A stretch of 63,694 nucleotides of DNA, the filler included, from Catajapyx aquilonaris (Eukaryota): NCBI GenBank assembly GCA_000934665.2. It is 3 parts of 3 records of this genome, joined end to end, with 100 filler letters (N's around TTAATTAATTAA, not from the genome) between each part and the next. Parts side by side here need not be neighbours in the genome. Positions count along the whole stretch, not along the records: positions 42,503 to 63,694 come from JYFJ02006127.1; 2 more parts are not named here. One strand, 5' to 3'. A program made the position numbers and the translations under genes. Under the pieces are notes generated by a model. That model saw only the letters and a list, made by a program, of their open reading frames with translations. It searched no databases and had not been told where the DNA came from. Below are positions 60,758 to 63,694 of the stretch, piece by piece. How positions within the stretch are numbered: position 1 is the stretch's first letter; every line of letters begins with the position of its first letter.

Positions 60758-63694
60758 TATATCTGTCTGTCTGTCTGTGACCTAAACAGATCCATACGGA
60801 GGCCTCCACATATGCCCCAGGGGTATCACCAGGGGTAGTTTTTTACCGGGAATAACATAGGCACATTGGAATTGACCTCCGAGGTCCTCCTTGGCCACAG
60901 GAGGCGAAAAGAACTTTGGGAAGTTGGCATCCTGTGTTCTAATAATGCGCCTTTTCGTATCAACAAACCCCCTGTTCCGTTTCCATGGGAGCGGCCCTTC
61001 CCTCCTGTCAAGGCCGGAGGGGTCAACATCGCCCCTCCGGCCCTCCCCCTCCCCGTCCCCCCCTCACCATCACCTGCTCCATCCGCCCGCCCCCTCCTGA
61101 TGCCCTCCTGTCGCATGCCCCCCACCCACCCTCTTACCCTCCCTCCCACCATCCCCCCCACCCCTTCATTACACTTTCGACATTCCATTTCATACAAACA
61201 CAATTAAAAAAAAAAAAAAACGTCGCCTAGGCAACAAGGTTCGATCGNCAAATGGGGAAGGGGATTGGGGGGGGGGGGGAGGGGAGGTTGCCTAGACAAC
61301 AGGCCCCCCTTCCAAGTCAACAACCTGTTCCATTTTCTATCAGTCTATCTGCAACTTTCAGAGCGATCGGGTGGGAGGTTAGGCCTCTCCCTTAGAACAG
61401 AGCGGTACGGCTGTACGGGTGCAGGTCTCTGCCCGGATTGGGGTCGACTGATGTCACCTGTCCATAGACGCCCCCCACACGCTCTTCCTCCACCCCTCCC
61501 GCTCCTTATTGCCCCCTCACTTTGGTCGGGCCTTGGTCGGTGGTCGATTGCTATTTGATCCGAGGATTGTTACAAATTTCCATTGTTTCGTTGGTTTACG
61601 TTGTTCTCAAAATTCATTCTCTGGTGGGTTTTGTTCGATTGCTATTATTCTGTACAGGTTATTGTTAACAGTGTTCAAAGTTTCGTGGTGTTCCATTTCC
61701 ATTTGTCCATTGTACTGTTCACTTATCACATTATTCACATTTCTGTCTGTGTTCCATTGCCATTTTCTCATTGAATTGTTCAAATTATGCATTTCCTGGT
61801 TGGTGTTCGAATTGATACTATTTAGTTTACATTATTGTTAAGAGTGCTCACAATTTGGTTTGTGTTCGATTACTATTTTCCCATTGCATTGTTCATAGTA
61901 TTAAGAGTTTTCTTGGTTTTCCATTGCTATTTATTGTTCTGCCTATGGTGCAGAGTTTTGGAAGGGTCTGGTCCGATTTTGGTCGTACTTTAGAGTACGC
62001 AACTATTGCTCTCTCCTCCCCCCACCCCCTCCCCCTCCTCCACTCAATCTACTCCACACTCCACACACATAGTTAGAGGTTTGCTTGGACTTTCTCCTGC
62101 TTGAAACTCCTTGCCACTTGCTGCACAGTTTCGTGCCGCATCCTTCGTGTTTCGTGATGGATCCTCCTCAAAGTCTTATTATGGTGTAAGGTGCGATATC
62201 ATGACTGTGTATTATGGTATAATGCTATAATGTGTATAACGGTATCACGTGTATAAGATCTGGTATATGTACTGTGCATATAGTTATCGTAGTTTCCAAA
62301 TGTGTTGCATTTTGTTGTTTTTTAACTATGTAACGTTTGCATCTCTACATTATCAATGCATTTTCACATAACTTAACTACTGTTCACTACTGCATTCCGT
62401 CCCTGCACACAACCGGTGTACATTATCAAGTTCAACACCCCACCCACTTCAACATGGGCCCAAAAAAACGCAGTAGCATTGGCAGAAGCTCATCGGATGC
62501 ACGTAGAGTTCGGCAGAGGAGGGAACGAGAGACTGAGGAAGAACACCAGGCCCGTCTGAGTGCTCAAGCTTCCAGCTATTCGAGAAAAAGAGAGCAGGAG
62601 AGTGAGGTGGAACGTCAGGCCCGTCTCAGTGCCGATGCCGCCAGACACTCCGCCAGCATACAAAATGAGTCTGCTGAAGAAAACCAAGCCAGACTCCACT
62701 CTTTGAGAAAGGCGGACATCAGGCGGAGATTAGCTCCATTTTCATCTACCCATCTCCTAAATGGCGCTTTCCACTACTCAGCAGACTTTGACTATTCTTC
62801 TGTCGATGTTGTAGCAATTGGTCCCATGTCAGAGGTATGCCAACACTGTCAGGCAAAGAAGTGGAAGGGTGAAACAAAATCCATCTGTTGCTCCAATGGA
62901 AAGGTTAGCCTTCCTCTCCTGGCTGAGCCTCCACAGCCACTTAAAATGCTCCTCTCAGGTACATCACCCAATTCAAAACATTTCCTGAAGACCATCAGAA
63001 ATTACAATTCGGCCTTCCAGATGACATCTTTTGGGGCCAACGTTGTTAGAGAGGGGAACTTCATGCCTACATTCAAAGTGCAAGGCCAAATTTACCATCT
63101 CATGGGATCACTCCTTCCTTCAGAAAATCAGAGTCCGCGGTTTCTGCAGCTTTACTTCGTGGGGAACATGCAACAGCAGGCGGAATACCGTTGCACCTAC
63201 TTAAACGGCACACGCCTCGACATCATACTGCAACTTCAGGAGATGATCCATTCCACCCACACTTATGTCAAGAGCTTCAAGCTTGCACTTGAGAGTCCTC
63301 CTCCTCTCGAATTTGACTTGGTCATAGATGCAGACAAGCGACCACAAGGCGAGCATCGTGGTCGATTCAATCAACCTTCCTGCAACGAGATTGCTGTCAT
63401 CATCAGTGGTCAGGAGCAGGGTAAGAGGGATATTGTGTTGAAGCTTCGCGACAACAGTCTCCACAGAATATCGGAGACACACAGATCTTATGACGCCCTG
63501 CAGTATCCACTTATCTGTGTGCATGGAGAGGATGGCTACCACTTTCAAATTTCGAAGGCGCGAGGTACAAAAACTGTGTCGTGCATGGACTTTTACTCTT
63601 TCATTTTCATGGTTCGGAATGACTATTTCAACCATTTGCATCGCTCTCAAGATCTTTTCCATCAGTATGCTGTTGACATGTATGCCAAGGTGGA
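60758..63694 (+). mobile_element. Helitron (5' part; left boundary approximate)
   Basis: CTATATCTGTCTGTCTGTCTGT start typical of Helitron 5' regions, followed by the Rep ORF. Confidence 0.65.
62454..63694 (+). CDS. Helitron RepHel transposase, N-terminal 413 codons (open at window end)
   Basis: Hand translation: MGPKKRS, three 23-aa ExExExQARL repeats, CQHCQAKKWKGE..ICCSNGKV, IRNYNSAFQMTSFGA, FKVQGQIYH, HRSYDALQYPL, LFHQYAVDMYAKV. No stop seen. Missing from the ORF track. Confidence 0.95.
   Translation, partial: MGPKKRSSIGRSSSDARRVRQRRERETEEEHQARLSAQASSYSRKREQESEVERQARLSADAARHSASIQNESAEENQARLHSLRKADIRRRLAPFSSTHLLNGAFHYSADFDYSSVDVVAIGPMSEVCQHCQAKKWKGETKSICCSNGKVSLPLLAEPPQPLKMLLSGTSPNSKHFLKTIRNYNSAFQMTSFGANVVREGNFMPTFKVQGQIYHLMGSLLPSENQSPRFLQLYFVGNMQQQAEYRCTYLNGTRLDIILQLQEMIHSTHTYVKSFKLALESPPPLEFDLVIDADKRPQGEHRGRFNQPSCNEIAVIISGQEQGKRDIVLKLRDNSLHRISETHRSYDALQYPLICVHGEDGYHFQISKARGTKTVSCMDFYSFIFMVRNDYFNHLHRSQDLFHQYAVDMYAKV

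Noticed and set aside
60826..61230. Pro- and Gly-rich ORFs
   Set aside because: They arise from C-rich low-complexity sequence in the putative Helitron leader.
63201..63662. 153-aa minus-strand ORF
   Set aside because: Antisense shadow of the Helitron Rep ORF.

Overview
Repeat-dense animal genomic DNA (protostome, most likely an arthropod). It is made of three contigs joined by artificial 100-nt spacers (N44-TTAATTAATTAA-N44 at 21154-21253 and 42403-42502). Host genes: (i) coding exons 1 and 2 of a divergent G-protein alpha-q subunit (10971-11088 and 20558-20742, 9.5-kb intron, apparent GC splice donor); (ii) the last two exons of an unidentified minus-strand gene (41240-41500, 40274-40408); (iii) two tandem two-exon divergent ionotropic receptor (IR) genes (46102-50235, 53511-56526), plus a remnant of a third IR 3' end inside the second gene's intron. 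The rest is mobile DNA: about 14 tRNA-derived SINEs built from interchangeable head and tail modules, many palindromic or TIR non-autonomous DNA transposons (Chapaev3-, Sola2-, Harbinger-, P-, hAT-, Kolobok- and mariner-like ends), a decayed MULE/SWIM transposase with nested insertions, Tc1 and Gypsy remnants, a solo LTR, Helitron helicase fragments and an uninterrupted Helitron Rep ORF running off the right end. I cannot claim a proven new system. The best candidates are the mix-and-match SINE system with covarying 3' hairpins and the mosaic IR pair whose divergence is concentrated in the ligand-binding lobe.
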